From assembly GCF_001194135.2 (NCBI RefSeq), contig NC_068999.1:51180477-51244476 (forward strand): a stretch of 64,000 nt of DNA, written 5' to 3'. This document shows positions 63,331 to 64,000 of the stretch, piece after piece. This DNA comes from Octopus bimaculoides. Taxonomy: Eukaryota. The notes beneath the pieces are model-generated. The model was not told the origin of the DNA, searched no databases, and was given only the letters and a program-made list of their open reading frames with translations. The first letter of the stretch is position 1; every line of letters starts with the position of its first letter. The translations under genes and the position numbers were made by a program.

Positions 63331-64000
63331 TGCGCGTTTGTGTTTACTAAGTCTAAAATGGTTCATTGCATTACCTATGCAGTTTAACATTTTATTTTAA
63401 AATAGATCGTGTAAATACCTATAACATACCATAATATAGCAATCGATCTGAGACACAGTGGTGGAGCTGGGAGGCTAAATTGAAGGCGACCAGTATAGTT
63501 TAGGAACAGTTGTAGTCGCATATATTGAATTGACTATTCAATATATTCCATTATAACAGTGTTATATATTTCATCGAGTGTCACCGATGAGGAATATAAT
63601 ACAAATTTACTAATATAAATGTTAGAAAAGAACGAGACCAAGTATATCAAAATGCTATGCAATTTCAACGTACCTGAAAATCTACCGCATTATTCTAATA
63701 GGTTAAAAGCCCTGGAACCAATATTCAATAGCAGAAAGTTTTCCTTGCAGTTTTTACACTACAGTATTTTAAAGAATGACATTATCGTACGCATTCACTG
63801 TTAATTTGTTTCTCACTGGATTTTAAATATTAAGTAGGAAGAAGGAAACACACAATTGTGCTTGCTTGCTTGGTAAGTGATTTTATCTGAAAGATATTTT
63901 CGATGTTACTGAAAATGTTACATCGTGGAAGAATTATATCAACAATATAAGGACACAGAAAAAAAGATATTTTCACATTTGATTATTTTTAAAAAGAACT

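Noticed and set aside
61150-63880. Strong isolated donors GAG|GTAAGT (near 61157) and TTG|GTAAGT (near 63873); also AAG|GTAAGC near 13786
   Set aside because: None has a convincing upstream acceptor or coding frame, and such hexamers are expected by chance.

Overview
64 kb of AT-rich, repeat-dense eukaryotic non-coding DNA (large intron or intergenic). It comes from a gapped draft assembly with 16 N-gaps (about 6.4 kb), nearly all opening or closing in a microsatellite. The SINE heads and tails and the dense microsatellites resemble what I recall of octopus (coleoid cephalopod) genomes; this is an inference, not a database result. I could not recognise any host protein-coding exon. The long ORFs in the track are microsatellite or N artefacts. 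Supported content: more than 20 tRNA-type SINE copies of at least three families, some stacked in tandem or inverted arrays; a deleted CR1/L2-type RT fragment; three relics resembling HERO-type (R2-superfamily, RLE) non-LTR elements; a possible I/Nimb relic; two lone DNA-transposon TIRs; and several minisatellites. The most interesting signal is a set of hammerhead-ribozyme motifs. One, at 17554-17612, has every conserved core nucleotide and sits inside a longer stem. A three-copy Penelope-like tail family carries partial minimal hammerheads, and another core lies at 62106-62130. All family assignments are by-eye motif matches.
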